Origin: Dimorphilus gyrociliatus
Lineage: Eukaryota > Animalia > Annelida
Direction: 5' to 3'
Assembly (NCBI GenBank): GCA_904063045.1
Contig: CAJFCJ010000047.1
Location: 1 to 64,000 of the forward strand
Length of the DNA: 64,000 bases
Each line of letters opens with the position of its first letter. Position 1 is the first letter of the stretch. A model generated the notes under the pieces. It did no database searches. It saw only the letters and a list, made by a program, of their open reading frames with translations, and was not told the DNA's origin. Both the position numbers and the translations under genes were made by a program. Below, piece after piece: positions 1 through 12,310 of the stretch.

Positions 1-3000
1 CCTTTTCTTTGAGTTTTTCATACAGAATTTTAATTAGTGCTTGATTGTCCCATTGATAGGAGATAAAGAGAAGCGGAGAGTTTCCTTTTGGTATTAGAGA
101 TTCACGCGAGTGTTGCTTCATTTCCAGAGGAGGATCCATCCAACCAAAGTAAGGAGAGTCTTTTTTGATTAATTTCATATTGGGCACTACATGGATACGC
201 AGTTGCATTAAAAGTTCACAGAATTTCTCTGGTTGCCAGAAAATACTTGAGTTGTTGATTTGTTCAGCTTTTTGATAGAATTTAATGTATAAATATTCAG
301 CTAAAATTGGACCCAAAGGGCCACTAGGTGGCCAAGATAAATCTTCCATTAGCAATGGAATAATTACCTTTCCAAGATTGGTCGATAGATTAATTTCGCG
401 GCAACAATTTGCAGATTTCGCGTATTTTAGACTTACACAACTTAGAATGACTTCAGCTGACCTAATTCCATCATCTATCTTCTGGAAGAGACTATCACCT
501 CCACCCATTTGACCGATATCCATCCAGGCTTTGAAGCCGGCTTTCTCCAAATGGTTGCAAAGTAGTTTAATCTCCTTCTGATGACCCCATTGATAGCTGA
601 TAAATACTTTTGGTTTTTCCACCATTTCGACTTTTTCATCTTTAACAATGGATTTTACTGATTCTAGGGCATCTTCAACAATCTCGGCTGCATCGAGTCT
701 ATCCATGTCTTTTAAATTTTTTAGGATGGCGAATGTCGCCTCCTTTGTCTTATTGGTAGCAAACCATTCATCAAGTAAGGAAAGACACGGATCAGGTTGA
801 GTAGCCCAATTTCTGACATCGTCCACACCATAATTGAGTTTTAATGCCAGTAATCTCCAATCGTTGTCACTTGGTTTATTCATAAGATCGGAAAGGTGAC
901 GAGACCAAGAAGGAGCATGGCTGAGAGTCATATGACTTAGTTGTTCAACTTGTTCATCAAGATTTTTCACATTATATTCAATTGTTTTAACTTGACTTTT
1001 CATCATTTCCACATCTCCTGCTACGTCTTCAATCCTCTCTTTAGTCTTTACTAAATCACTGTCAAGGGATACTATCTTATCACTGTTGTCAGTGACTCTA
1101 ATATCCAAATTTTCCAATTCATCTTGATGAGCATCTAAAATTTTTGCAACGCCCTCTAGACTCCTCCCTTCCAGAACATTAATGATGTATCTGACTAAAT
1201 CAGCCATAGGACCATCTTCTAGTTTTAGCAGTTCATCTTTATAAATAGCAACCGGTTCTTTAAATTTACAAACAATGTCTTTCAAAGCTGATAGTAGAAG
1301 GAAACGATGTTCAGTTTTTACTTTGTAGAAAATTTCCCATATCAAATTTGTATAAAATGTTGCCAATTCTTGTGTTTCAACCAATTCAGACACATTACTG
1401 GCCACAAATAGACCATATTGGTTTGAACTTTTTATTAACTTGCCAAGTCTTTCATGATAATTGGCAAACAAGTCCTTCCTACTGGACATGAGTTTATACA
1501 TTACATTCAAAACGAAATTTGAATTTTCTCCATCCAGATTCTCAAATGTAAATTCAAGAAATTCCTCATCCAATACACTAGGATTGTGTTGTATTATTTT
1601 TTCAACTAGTTCCATAAATTCGAATAGTGCGTGGTTGGGCAGATTTTTGACAGTGGCCAATAAGTATTGAAAATTTTTATGAATATAGTTTGATTGTCTT
1701 GGATACATTTCAACGATTTTGGCTATCGAACGGACAATATGAAGTATATTACTATTTCAAAAAATGCATTTACCTAGACTGCTTTCATCACCAGCAAGAA
1801 AATTGTCCACAAGTTGTCTTTCAGCATCAACTTTCCTCTCAACTGTCAACTCATAGTTTGAATAAACCTTTTCGGCTGAGACCTTTATTCATAAAGTTAT
1901 CATTATTTACTTATTGTCATTGCAAAACAAAAAAAAAGTACTTGGATTTCAATATCATCATCTTGATCCTTTAGCTTCTCAATAGTTTCAATGACAGGAG
2001 GGAGAAACTCTTTAAGAAATTTACACTGTACAGTAAAAGATGAAAGATTTTATTGACAATTCATAGAGAGAGTGAAAATTGAATATCATTAAATACTTCA
2101 TTATAGAATGTTTCAAGACACTTTAGTAAAATATGAGCAGCAAGTGTTTTTTTCCTCTCTGAGCCTACGCAGATATTCAAAGGAAGCTTATAACAGTTGT
2201 TGAAGAGATTTGATAAAGGTGTCTTTATATCGCGAATTTTAACATTTTCTCTGTTAGAAAATATATCATTTATATAAAGAGAAATAGAAATTGGAATGGA
2301 TAATGGAATTGGAATCACATATCCTAATCCCAAAACAATCAGTACTCTGAATCCAAAAGTATCAAAAAAACAAGAAAACTTACTGGTATGATGTCCAAAT
2401 ACGATCAAACAAAACGCTGACTTGATTAAAAACATCTCCATTGCAGATTATAAGTGGATTATCTACTTTTTCTATCTTAGCCTCGAGTTTATGAAGAATG
2501 TTTACAAATGTGTTGAAATATGGCTTTTGAAGAAGAAAAATATATAAATGTTGAAATAAAACAATGGAATCTTTTACCTCCCAGTTAAGAGATCTTTGAA
2601 GTGAGCATAAACTTTCAAAAGTATGGTAGGAGGAGAAATCAAAAGATTTTTCAACATAATATATCATATCTTTCATCAATTTGGAATAGCCATTAGTATG
2701 GCTGTGTATATAATTAATTAATTATATATTGTTTGTTAATTGAAAAACAATGACATTACGCTAATGCCTTGTCTACCGCCAATGAAAATGAGCCATATTC
2801 TCTATTTCCTTTTGATGATTGATCGACTTCCAATGAAAATATTACATCATAACAATATTTGAATAATTCTGGATATTTGTTAAAGTTTAAAAGATTTAAA
2901 TTCTTCCGTAGGAATTTCTCAATTATTGATCTTTGAGGATTTTCCACAATACTCTTCAGGAATAATTTTCTCTTTTCCATATCTTTTCTGTACAACAGTA

Positions 3001-3261
3001 ATCCTTTGAAAGGAGAAAAGATTAGGAGAAAGAGGATGAGTGATAAAATGCATTTTTCTTGTTGATGCTGCACTATATTCCACTCATTCTCTTCCTGAAA
3101 AAATTAATATCTACATACGTAAATGTTTGAAGAAGACTGCTATCAAAATCTTTACTATACAATTTAATAAATTCGTCATTGTGCCTCCTGGTTTCAACTA
3201 AGCTCATATCATGGAGAAATGCTGCAACGTCATCCTTCTTGGTATCATTATTAGTATCCAT
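1..3261 (-). CDS. Multi-exon ARM-like / coiled-coil / Death / TIR / TIR protein; 3' end lies outside the window
   Basis: Manual minus-strand translation gives an open exon from about 1722 to the window edge, absent from the ORF track. It contains a heptad region (LENLDIRVTDNSDKIVSLDSDLVKTKERIEDV), a Death domain (DWRLLALKLNY...LLDEWF), TIR1 (KVFISYQWGHQ...AWMDIGQMGGGDSL...SANCCREINLS) and the start of TIR2 (LFISYQWDNQ). Upstream exons join by GT-AG introns; the probable ATG is at 3261. Upstream exon boundaries are less certain. Confidence 0.85.
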
Positions 3262-4314
3262 CGAAAGTGATTATAATGTGAGATTTTTACAATTAAAACT
3301 GACTAAATCTTCTTTACTTATATATTCTGTTGACAGGCAAAATAGTCAGTCAGAAACTATAGTTGCTATGTTCGCGGGAAATGCTGACAGTTAATCAATA
3401 TTAAAAATGCTTGCCTACACTGTATGACTAATAAGAAAACTGCCAATACAGACAATTTTATTTTTGGAAAGATTTAACAAAATATCCATACGAGTTGCAA
3501 TTTCGTTCATACTGCTTGTCCATACATGCCTGTAGTATTTTATAAACAATTTCAAATTTTTCTTTCTCTTTATTGATTGATTTATTTTGTGCAGTTTTGA
3601 TGTATGGCGCTTTTGAATAAATTTGAAAATTCACTTAAATATATACTATTTATAATTACTGTTTTTGATTAATTAACTGAGAAGATTTGTGGATGTTTTC
3701 TGTGGCATCTCATGTTCGACTGTGAGTATTAGCATAGAAATGATTCATCTAAAGTCTTATAAGAACTTATTTACAAAATTCTAGTGTTTAAATAAAAAAA
3801 CTTTTATTGAGTACTTTGATCATTTATTTCTAGGTAACCAGGTGGAAAACTAGAGTAACATCTTTTTTTATGGTTTAAAAGCTTCCTATGATTTTAGCAG
3901 TTTACAACTTCAATGTTCCAATAATGCAAAGTAATGTTTAACAAAATTGAACCATTAAACAAATGTTTAATTTAAGGGACTTTTGCAAAAAAACGTTCTT
4001 AAGCAGGATGGTTAATTTGTAGTAGGAAGGAGCTAAATTACCAAATGTTTACGAGTAGATCCCTGTTTCCAACAATGTTTTTAAATATAACAAATGAGAG
4101 TGAAATATCTGCTGAAGGATAAGTCAAGGTTAAAGATAAAGGAAGTATGACAGAGCCATGCTGGCTTAAATATCATTTTAAAAATATTGACCAAATAAAG
4201 TACGATTTATGTGTTCATATGAGATATGACTCAATTCATTCTTTACAATGATTGATTGTGTGTAATGACAAATATTTGTCACTTGTATATGAACAAAGAC
4301 GGATTGACCTCATT

Positions 4315-4990
4315 TCAATCAATAAAATCATAGATAGAGCTCAATAAGTTGGATAATTTATAAAAGAAGCTAACAATAACTGGTAATACTCTTGGAGTGG
4401 CCTTTAAATTTTCCAGCAGATGAAAAAACAAATATATTTTATCAAATGCTTTTTGTGGACAAATGTTTGAATCTATTAATTTTAAAAGTGTAGATAATAA
4501 CAAGTATGGAGTATAAATATAAGTTTGGATTAATAAAAACATGAGCATATTTAGAACTTTTCTTTGTCATAAAATGTTACTTTTTTTCCAATAAACAACT
4601 TGAAATAAATTTTGAAAGAAAAATATTCTAAAAAGAACTGTACTGGCTGCAAGTACAAACCCATCATCAAATTGTCTGAACTCGTTTTTATTGTTGTTAT
4701 TTCATTTGAGTTGTAGTGCCTACTTTTTTATTGGTCACATTTTTAAAGAAAAATCATAACATACATTATTTAATTCAGAAAGAAAAATAGTTAGATTCAT
4801 TGTTAAGTATTTTAAAATAAATTGAAGTTAAGGCTAACACTAAAATTAGATCTGTAATATTTGATTATTCAAGTTAAGTGTTCCATTTTTCTGGGAAGAG
4901 GATATCATTTATATCCATTAGCCAATAATCATTATTATATCTCTTTACTATCTTTGAAAGAACCAGTCTATTATTTACTATGACAGAAGA
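4315..4990 (-). pseudogene. Degenerate helical-repeat (ARM-like) coding relic
   Basis: Protein-like frames (LLLSTLLKLIDSNICPQKAFDKIYLFFHLLENL; DINDILFPEKWNT*LE*SNITDLILVL) broken by TAA stops; family not identifiable. Confidence 0.3.
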
Positions 4991-5029
4991 GTCCATATCA
5001 TTTTCACTCCCTTGAGCATTGAGTTAAAG

Positions 5030-5270
5030 AACTGAACTGTTAAGCTGAGGAAATGCATTTCCTTTTATACATTTGCCAAACCTTAGGTTCATTTGGTCAA
5101 AGGATTACAAAGTTGAAATGTAACGGTCTCATAATTCACATATAAAAAAAATATGAAAGACTGTTATATCACACATATAAAATATAATCTTCAGATTATG
5201 GTTAACATGTGGCACTGCAAAAACAAACCTGCCTCTTCAGCATCTGTTTTTGACATGCATTTTTTCTACA
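5030..5270 (-). mobile_element. Solo-LTR-like fragment (copy A)
   Basis: Clearly homologous to 10380-10640. On the minus strand it begins TGTAGAAA and contains GGCAAATGTATAAAAGG followed by TTCAGTTC. Confidence 0.5.
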
Positions 5271-5304
5271 TTGTTTATTCCTTTGTTAATTCAATAGTGA
5301 CATC

Positions 5305-5577
5305 ATCTGTTATTGTCAAAGAATCTCTTTTCTACAATGAGTGAAACAATAAGAACAGATTTTTCCATTAGATAGTCAAGTATATAATTATCTATAACTT
5401 GCTGTACAATAAGCCCGTCTAAAGAACTGATAGGATCATCAATTAAAAAATTTCTGCCTTTCTATAAACAGCTCTAGCAAATGATATTCTAGATTTTTGA
5501 CCTCCCCTAAAAATGAGCTCATTTTCTCCAATAATTGGTTTATCACTGTCTGGAAAGTTTTCTAAATTCTTTTGAAC
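5305..5577 (-). pseudogene. ABCC-type ABC transporter NBD1 fragment
   Basis: Translation NLENFPDSDKPIIGENELIFRGGQKSRISFARAVYRKAEIFLIDDPISSLD shows a decayed LSGGQ signature and the DDP Walker B typical of ABCC NBD1. No adjacent exons found. Confidence 0.8.
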
Positions 5578-5731
5578 TTATAAACAAACAAAAAAACCAA
5601 CAATAGAAAGACTATTTTTGTTGCTGTATTCTTATTTTTAGTCCCAAATTATAATTACACAAGACAGAGAGAAAAGGAAAACTTACTACAAGCATATATA
5701 TTTTCTTTGATTACTTTTCATCAGCATTATA

Positions 5732-6057
5732 TTAAACTTGAATAGTTGGGCAGTATTTGCCTTTTAAAGATTTACAAGCACCTAGACCAGTATGATTTCT
5801 ACATGTTTCGCAGGCACGAAATATTTCTTTTTCTTTTTTCAGTAGCTATTCAAATACAATTGTAAACAAAAGATGTTAAATGAAAAAAACACAAATTAAA
5901 TGAAGAAATAAGATTGACTTACCAAATGTTGTAATGACAAATTATCATCCTTAAATTCTCTTTCATACAATTCGTTCACCAGTAAATCATCCCATGGAGT
6001 AGAAATTGCTTGATGAATGAACAGGAAAACAAGGAAAATTGTAATTAAAGTCATCAT
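5732..6057 (-). CDS. Two-exon small secreted Cys-containing peptide precursor (about 82 aa)
   Basis: Exon 6057-5923, intron gtaagt..gaatag (5922-5846), exon 5845-5732: MMTLITIFLVFLFIHQAISTPWDDLLVNELYEREFKDDNLSLQHL|LLKKEKEIFRACETCRNHTGLGACKSLKGKYCPTIQV*. Confidence 0.65.
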
Positions 6058-6659
6058 AGTGTTCTGTTGCACTTGACGAGCACTTCCAATAGAGCAATTT
6101 ATGTACTATATATATGCAAGAGACATGCCCTATGTTGTGAACAATTTAGAACTGGTCTCATTTAATGCCAGACCTTATTGCCCTGAACTATTTTAAAACC
6201 AATCTTTTTATATGCAATACCTATTTATAGCCCTCAACTACTTTTATGCTAATTTTATTTAATGCAATAACTTTTCATAGTGAAAAAGCTTCTGAACATT
6301 TTGCATGTCAGTTTTTTTAGACTATAGAATTTATAATCTTATTTGTCTATTAAGGCTTTTAGGGTTAAGGTAAAACACCAAATAATGGGCTATTATTTCC
6401 CATACATATTTACTGTACTGTTAAAAATTCTGTGCTTTTATCTCTAAGCAAGCAGTTAGAAAATTAAGGTACTAACTGTTAAATTTGTAGGGTTTTATAT
6501 AATTTTCTATGAGTTTATCAATTCAAGTTAGAATTGAGAAAACACCAGCTTGACTTGACAGAAAAGATTTGCAAAAGATATCAAAGTCTTAGCTGTAATC
6601 TATTTCTAAAATAATGAATCATTTTGCCTGTTTAACAACAGTACTAGATTTTTTAGCAT

Positions 6660-7475
6660 ATAAAATATCTAATTGAAAAAAGAATTGTTGAATTTACAAC
6701 TTTTAATAGATTGGTTGTGAAAGAGATGGTGTTGAATTTCGTATATGAAAATGTGAATTTTTGGCAATTTTAAATTCCTTATTACAATTATGACAAGTAG
6801 ATATATACATTGTACTCAAATTATATTAAGAGATGAACACCAAAAAATATTAATTTACAAAAGTCTTAAAAATACATTTTTCTATAAGAATCATTGATAA
6901 AAGCCAGGTAATTTTTTCAAAATTTTCAAGAAAGATATTCGTTCAAACAATGAAACAGTATTAGTTTTTGCAACTGAACATCACTTAAAACTTTTGTATA
7001 AGGCTAAAACATGGATGGTACTTTCAAAATTGCAGATCCATTTGTTCAACAATGTTTACTTTAACTCCAAATCAGTTTAACAAAATTAAAAGTGAACTGG
7101 CTTAAAAAAAGAATTTGGACATTTAATGGAATAAATAGAAGACAATGGAATAAGGGTAGCTTTTGGCCTCCAGAGACTTGGTCTGTTTTTTACTAAGCAG
7201 TCAGAACCAATGATTTTCTGGAAGGATTTTATAACAGATAAATGAAAACATTGGAGCAAACTTGTTATTTTACATGACTATTGATGAATTAAAGAGGGAG
7301 GCTGAGTTAATTTGTATATATGAAAAATTGATAAGTGAAAGGAAAATGTTGCAAATGCAAAGAAAAGTCTATTCAAAAATTTAACATTATATTTTTTCCA
7401 TTTGGAAAAATTTGAAAGTTGGTGACATCACAGCAAGCCACCTTTTTGATGTTTGTTCAGCTTTAAATTATTAAG
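6660..7475 (+). mobile_element. Decayed MULE transposase relic, related to the elements at 57156-62741
   Basis: Fragments VLVFATEHHLKLLYKAKTW-MDGTFKIADPFVQ, WPPETWSVF, RTNDFLEGFYNR and IDELKREAELICIYEKLISE, with deletions. Confidence 0.8.
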
Positions 7476-7808
7476 TATGTACATTATCAATTCATCTGTA
7501 TTGAAAATATATAAGATTGTTTAAGATATATGAAAATATATGTATTTTTCTTTTAAATAAACTATTTTATTGGCAACTTTAAAAGTTTGAATTTTTCTGT
7601 AAAATCATTATCTCATAAATCAAGTATATGAAATAACTCATTTTTGTAATATTTTATACTTTTCTTAAAAATGTTACATGATCACATCTCCATTTTTTAA
7701 AGCATGTTGTTTGACCACTTGTGTTGACATATTGTCCGATCTATATAAGTTTTGATATTAAGGGAAAACAACAACTTGTACAACTCCTTAATCATTGCCC
7801 AAATTCTA

Positions 7809-8308
7809 CAGTCGCGATAATAAATAATTAGTACAAAGAAAAAAGGTTTATAATGTGATTATTTGGTGTTATATAATTTTGATTTGTCTTATCACCATGT
7901 TAAATCTGTAAGTGAAGTCTTGGTTGAAAAACTGTAAAAGTTAGTTAATTTGCTTCCTTTTTAGAGTTGAATTTTGGAAGGGCCTATTTTTCAACTCTTC
8001 CATTTCAACTTGTATTTGCATAAAACTTTTTGACATCAGACAATGATATCTGAATAGACACAGTACAGTTTTGTAAAATTTCTTGTGCTGTCAAGTTTGG
8101 TTTAAATCTTCATTTGTTTGTAATCTAAAATTCTATTTTCCTTGTTATTGTTTGTGATCTGGGAGATAATTGTAACGTCAAAGCAACTGTCTTCAAATTA
8201 CTTAAAACCTTGTCAAATAATCTAGACCATAAACATATTTTGGTCGTCAAAAAATTCACATGTTTAAAACTTTTTATCCCTAGTTATAATTACTTATTAT
8301 CGTGACTG
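7809..8308 (-). mobile_element. Internally deleted Tc1-like element (500 bp)
   Basis: TIRs CAGTCGCGATAATAAATAATTA and the reverse complement of CAGTCACGATAATAAGTAATTA, each flanked by TA. The interior encodes a decayed HTH region (KPNLTAQEILQNCTVSIQISLSDVKK...NGRV). Confidence 0.85.
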
Positions 8309-9114
8309 TATATGAGCCACAGTTGGCCATCTAAGTTTATATGCAAAAAATGCAACAAACAACATCACACATCTTTACACCATAAGGAAGTAATGTTAGA
8401 AAAACCCTCTTTCGGCAGTAAACTTTAGCCAATCAAGAAAGAGAAGTAACAAATATGCACTTGGTTGGTTTTGAACAAAAATCATCCTATGAAACAATCC
8501 TAATCAAGTCAATATGGTCCTTTTGTTTATCATTTTTTTTTTCAGTGTGAAAATTTCTCCAAAAATCCAATGTGTCTTTATCACCAAACTAAGGTCATCC
8601 TTCATTCAACATGAACTACATAATTGTTATTTTAGTCACAAATGTTATTTGAAAGATGAGTAGTAGAATTATTATTTAATCATTTCTAATATCTCTCTAT
8701 CAAGTTGAAGAAAAGCCTTCTCACCTAAAACTTTCAATGACAAATAGATTGAGTAAAGTAGAATAAAAATTTTGTTAAATATCAATAAATAATATCTTTA
8801 TAGGATGACAAAATCTAGAGTAAAAAATATATTATTAAAGTCAATAAGAACATTTTTTGGAACTATTGTACTTTATTGATACTCATTAAAATTAGAATTG
8901 TGTTTTTTGCGGTTAAAATTCAGTTATTTTTAATTAAGGAATTTAAGATATGTGTGTGTGTTCAAGTTCAAATGTTCAATTTCAATAGTTTATGAAATAG
9001 TATGCTTTAAATTATGAATATATTTACTTTTATGGAAATTTTCCAATAATTCATTCATCATGGTAGAACGAAGCAAAACAAAACAAAATTCATATGTTAA
9101 AAGCATATACACAC

Positions 9115-9585
9115 CGTTTAAATGGCATCCATCAATTTTTTCATAATATGAAAAACCAATTTGAGAAATTGTTGAATGTGTTTCAGCCAGGGTTATCATT
9201 TTCAAATAACATATTTTGTTAAATTGAACACAAATGATTGCTCTGTGTATTTAATTTTTTTTTATTAGAAAATAAAAAAACATTAGTCACTTTTGGTGTA
9301 TTTTCATTATATAACCTGCACAAATCATACTGATCGCAAATGGTCATACATTCTTCTTTGATACAATTAGTCAAAATATTTGATAATGTTCCTGATGGCA
9401 CAAAATCACCATCCATATATCTTGTATTCTCTGCTAATTGATATAAACATTCTGAAAAATTAACAAAACAGTTTAATGTATTTTAAATATTTTAAAAATG
9501 AATTTATTGTACTTTCCGTTCCGAAAATATGGAATTGGTGAACAATGATAAATATTGCAATTTGAAAAATGACATAATGTTTCAT
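9115..9585 (-). CDS. Secreted PAN/Apple-domain protein (3 exons seen; may continue)
   Basis: MKHYVIFQIAIFIIVHQFHIFGTE|KCLYQLAENT...EECMTICDQYDLCR|AIICVQFNKICYLKM...FSYYEKIDGCHLN, joined by canonical introns. Confidence 0.7.
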
Positions 9586-10199
9586 TTTTCAAAATGAGAA
9601 GAAGAATAGAATGTAGGGAAAAGTTAACTGTAATTTTTTTAAATACCTATCATCTTTTCAATATTTATCTTTTGTCAATATTTTATTTTTTCAATTGACT
9701 TTTATTAGATAATATTCATTTTCCATTGTTCTTTTTTATTGAACAGCAACGGTTTCCATAACAATGACAAATATTTCCATCACAGATTTAAAATTAAGTA
9801 GTCTTTAATTTGACACCAATGATTTTTTTGAGTTTATTTTTGAAACCATTCAGCTAAGATGACATGGATTGATATCTAAAAAATCAAGGTCTTAATAATT
9901 TCACCTTAACAAGGACAGTAGTCATTTTACATTCTGTAATTTGTGTTATTGATTAAAAATAATTATAAATATTAAAAATGAATATTTATGATGATTATTG
10001 AGACAAATTGTTGACACTAAATGACAAAAAATTTGATGTCAATTTATACTTGATAAAAACATTTTTATACAATATTTTTCCAATATTTGCTTTATCGAAT
10101 TGTTCTGTCTGCATAATAATTAGCCTCGACATATACTTTCGAATACAGATTAATTTCAATCTTTCCCTTTCTTGAGAGTATTGTACTTTGTTGTATTGT

Positions 10200-10640
10200 A
10201 ATTGTGGGAATTTCTGCTTCTTCAGAACAGTATTCAAGTTCATCTACAAATAGTCTTAATAAATGTAATTTTGTAGAAATTAATTAACAAAATACCAGTA
10301 TTTCGTCCATAGAATATGTATTGAGTAAATCAGTTTCTAGTTCTAAACAACTAAGTTTAAACAATCAGCTGATAGTTAGAGAACTGAACTAACAAGCTTG
10401 CGAAATGCATTTTATACATTTACCAAAGCTCGGGTTCAAATGGTCAAAAGCTTACTTGAATGAAATGTGACAGTCTCACAATTCAAATATAACAAAAACA
10501 TGAAAGACTGATATATCACATATCTAAAATATAATCTTCAGATTATGGCCACATGGACAACATGTGCCGCTACAAAACAAGCCTGCATCTTCAGCATCTG
10601 ATACTTAATAAGATTTGACAACTTTGACATGCATCTTTTA
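10200..10640 (-). mobile_element. Solo-LTR-like fragment (copy B)
   Basis: Homologous to 5030-5270 and to blocks of 27947-28058. It has a TATAAAA box about 31 nt before a TCAGTT Inr-like motif and ends in ..TTTCTACA. 10200-10235 also matches the Gypsy LTR end at 54022-54055. Confidence 0.55.
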
Positions 10641-10650
10641 ATTGTTGAAA

Positions 10651-10677
10651 TATATATACTGTATATATATATATATA
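10651..10677. repeat. (TA)n microsatellite at the mariner left insertion site
   Basis: Visible TA run immediately before the TIR. Confidence 0.85.
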
Positions 10678-11489
10678 TCACGGTCACCCTGAAAGTTTTA
10701 CCCGTTTCCCTGTAATTTTAAAACGGTGGTGGCACAGTATGGATGATGCTATAAATCAGAGAGTAACTACTCAATTTCTTGCATCACAACAAGTTATTGC
10801 AATCAATATTCACAGGCAACTGAAAGCTTTTTTTGGTAAAACAACACTTGATGAAAGTTCAGTAAGAAAGCGGGTTAGAGAATTTAAAGGAGGAAGAACA
10901 AATATACTTGATGATGATAGGCAGAGACACCCAAGAACAGCCAGTAATAATGAAAATAAGGACAGAGTTGCTCTAATCAGAGATAATAAGAGAATAACCT
11001 AGGCTGAGATATCCCAAACATTGAACATAGGTCATACTGCTGTTGAAGATTTGATTTCCAGTCTTAAGATGAGAAAGATTGTCTCAAGATTGATTCCCTA
11101 CCAACTTGATTGGTATCAGAAAGCTTACAAACTACTCATTATCTTAGAACAACTGGATGGGTAGTCTTGCCTCATCCAGCCTACAGCCCAGACCATCAGA
11201 CTATTATCTGTTCTGGAAATTAAAGGACCATCCTCCGGGCAAAATATATGAGAATGATGAGGAATTGCAAAATGCAGGAAGGGCATTTTTCAGGTCTAAA
11301 CCGCCCTTATACATCGCCAAAGGAATTGATATGCTTCCCGCCAGGTGGCAAACATGCATTGACAATAACAGGCAATTCAAAGCTATATAGACATACCTAA
11401 GACATTAGTTAATATGAATGACTAAACATATTATGTTTTTTTTTTTAGCTGTAAGACACAAATGGGTAAAACTTTCAGGGTGACTCTAA
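10678..11489 (+). mobile_element. Internally deleted mariner element
   Basis: TIRs TCACGGTCACCCTGAAAGTTTTACCCGTT and the reverse complement of TTAGAGTCACCCTGAAAGTTTTACCCATT, with TA flanks. It retains the HTH N-terminus and the HPAYSP-PSDYYLF C-terminus; the catalytic centre is deleted and there is an in-frame TAG at about 11000. Confidence 0.92.
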
Positions 11490-12310
11490 TATATATTAAA
11501 CAGTATATTCTCTAAATTATAAGTGTGATATGCACTTTACTCTCTGTTGTGCAAGTATTAGAAGCCTTTGTAGTTCACATTTTAGAATTCATTTTTAATG
11601 ATATGAAAGAATTTTCAAGAGTTTGAACGCCAATAATAATTCTCTAGTAACATTGTACTGAATAACTGATTATTATTTCAATGTGTGATTATCTCTGTAA
11701 ACTACAATGTTATGTTTGTAAACATTTTATGGATTGAATCTGGGCTATTTTCAATTTTTTATTAGCCAATGTATTTTTAATGTGAGTTAGTCTGTAACCT
11801 CTTTTTATAAACTCTCTTTACAACTCTTTAATGAATACATTGCTATCAATTACTAATATTACAAAATATGACTAAATTTGTTGGTCTTTTTAAAAATAAA
11901 CAGTTAGTCTCTAGGCCTAATATATATTTTGTAAAATAATCTAGAGCTTTTTACATTCCGTTCAGTGTAATATCCTGGTTTGAAAAAATACCAATTGGAG
12001 AAAAGTATGGCATTACTCTTAAACAATTAACAATTGAATGTAAATCATAAAAACCGAAATGATTACATAACTTATTCGAAAGTGTAACAGTTTTATTTGA
12101 ATATTTTATAAAGTAACCATTCACTTACACGAGAACACCTTTCCAAAATCAATATAATCCACATTAATGAATCCTTTACTTTTGTCAATTAGATATAAAA
12201 TATCCAAGCCATTATTAACTTATTCAAAAGAGCGTCTATATCATCCAAAACAAAAAAACAGATCCGTCACTTAGTTGGTTTTTTCTCATATACAATAATT
12301 CAAGTAAAGG

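Noticed and set aside
285-1974. Plus-strand ORFs 285-512, 1461-1670 and 1690-1974
   Set aside because: Antisense shadows of the TIR gene.
6110-6400. Imperfect tandem repeats upstream of the MULE relic, as a possible decayed TIR
   Set aside because: Too degenerate, and no partner repeat was found.
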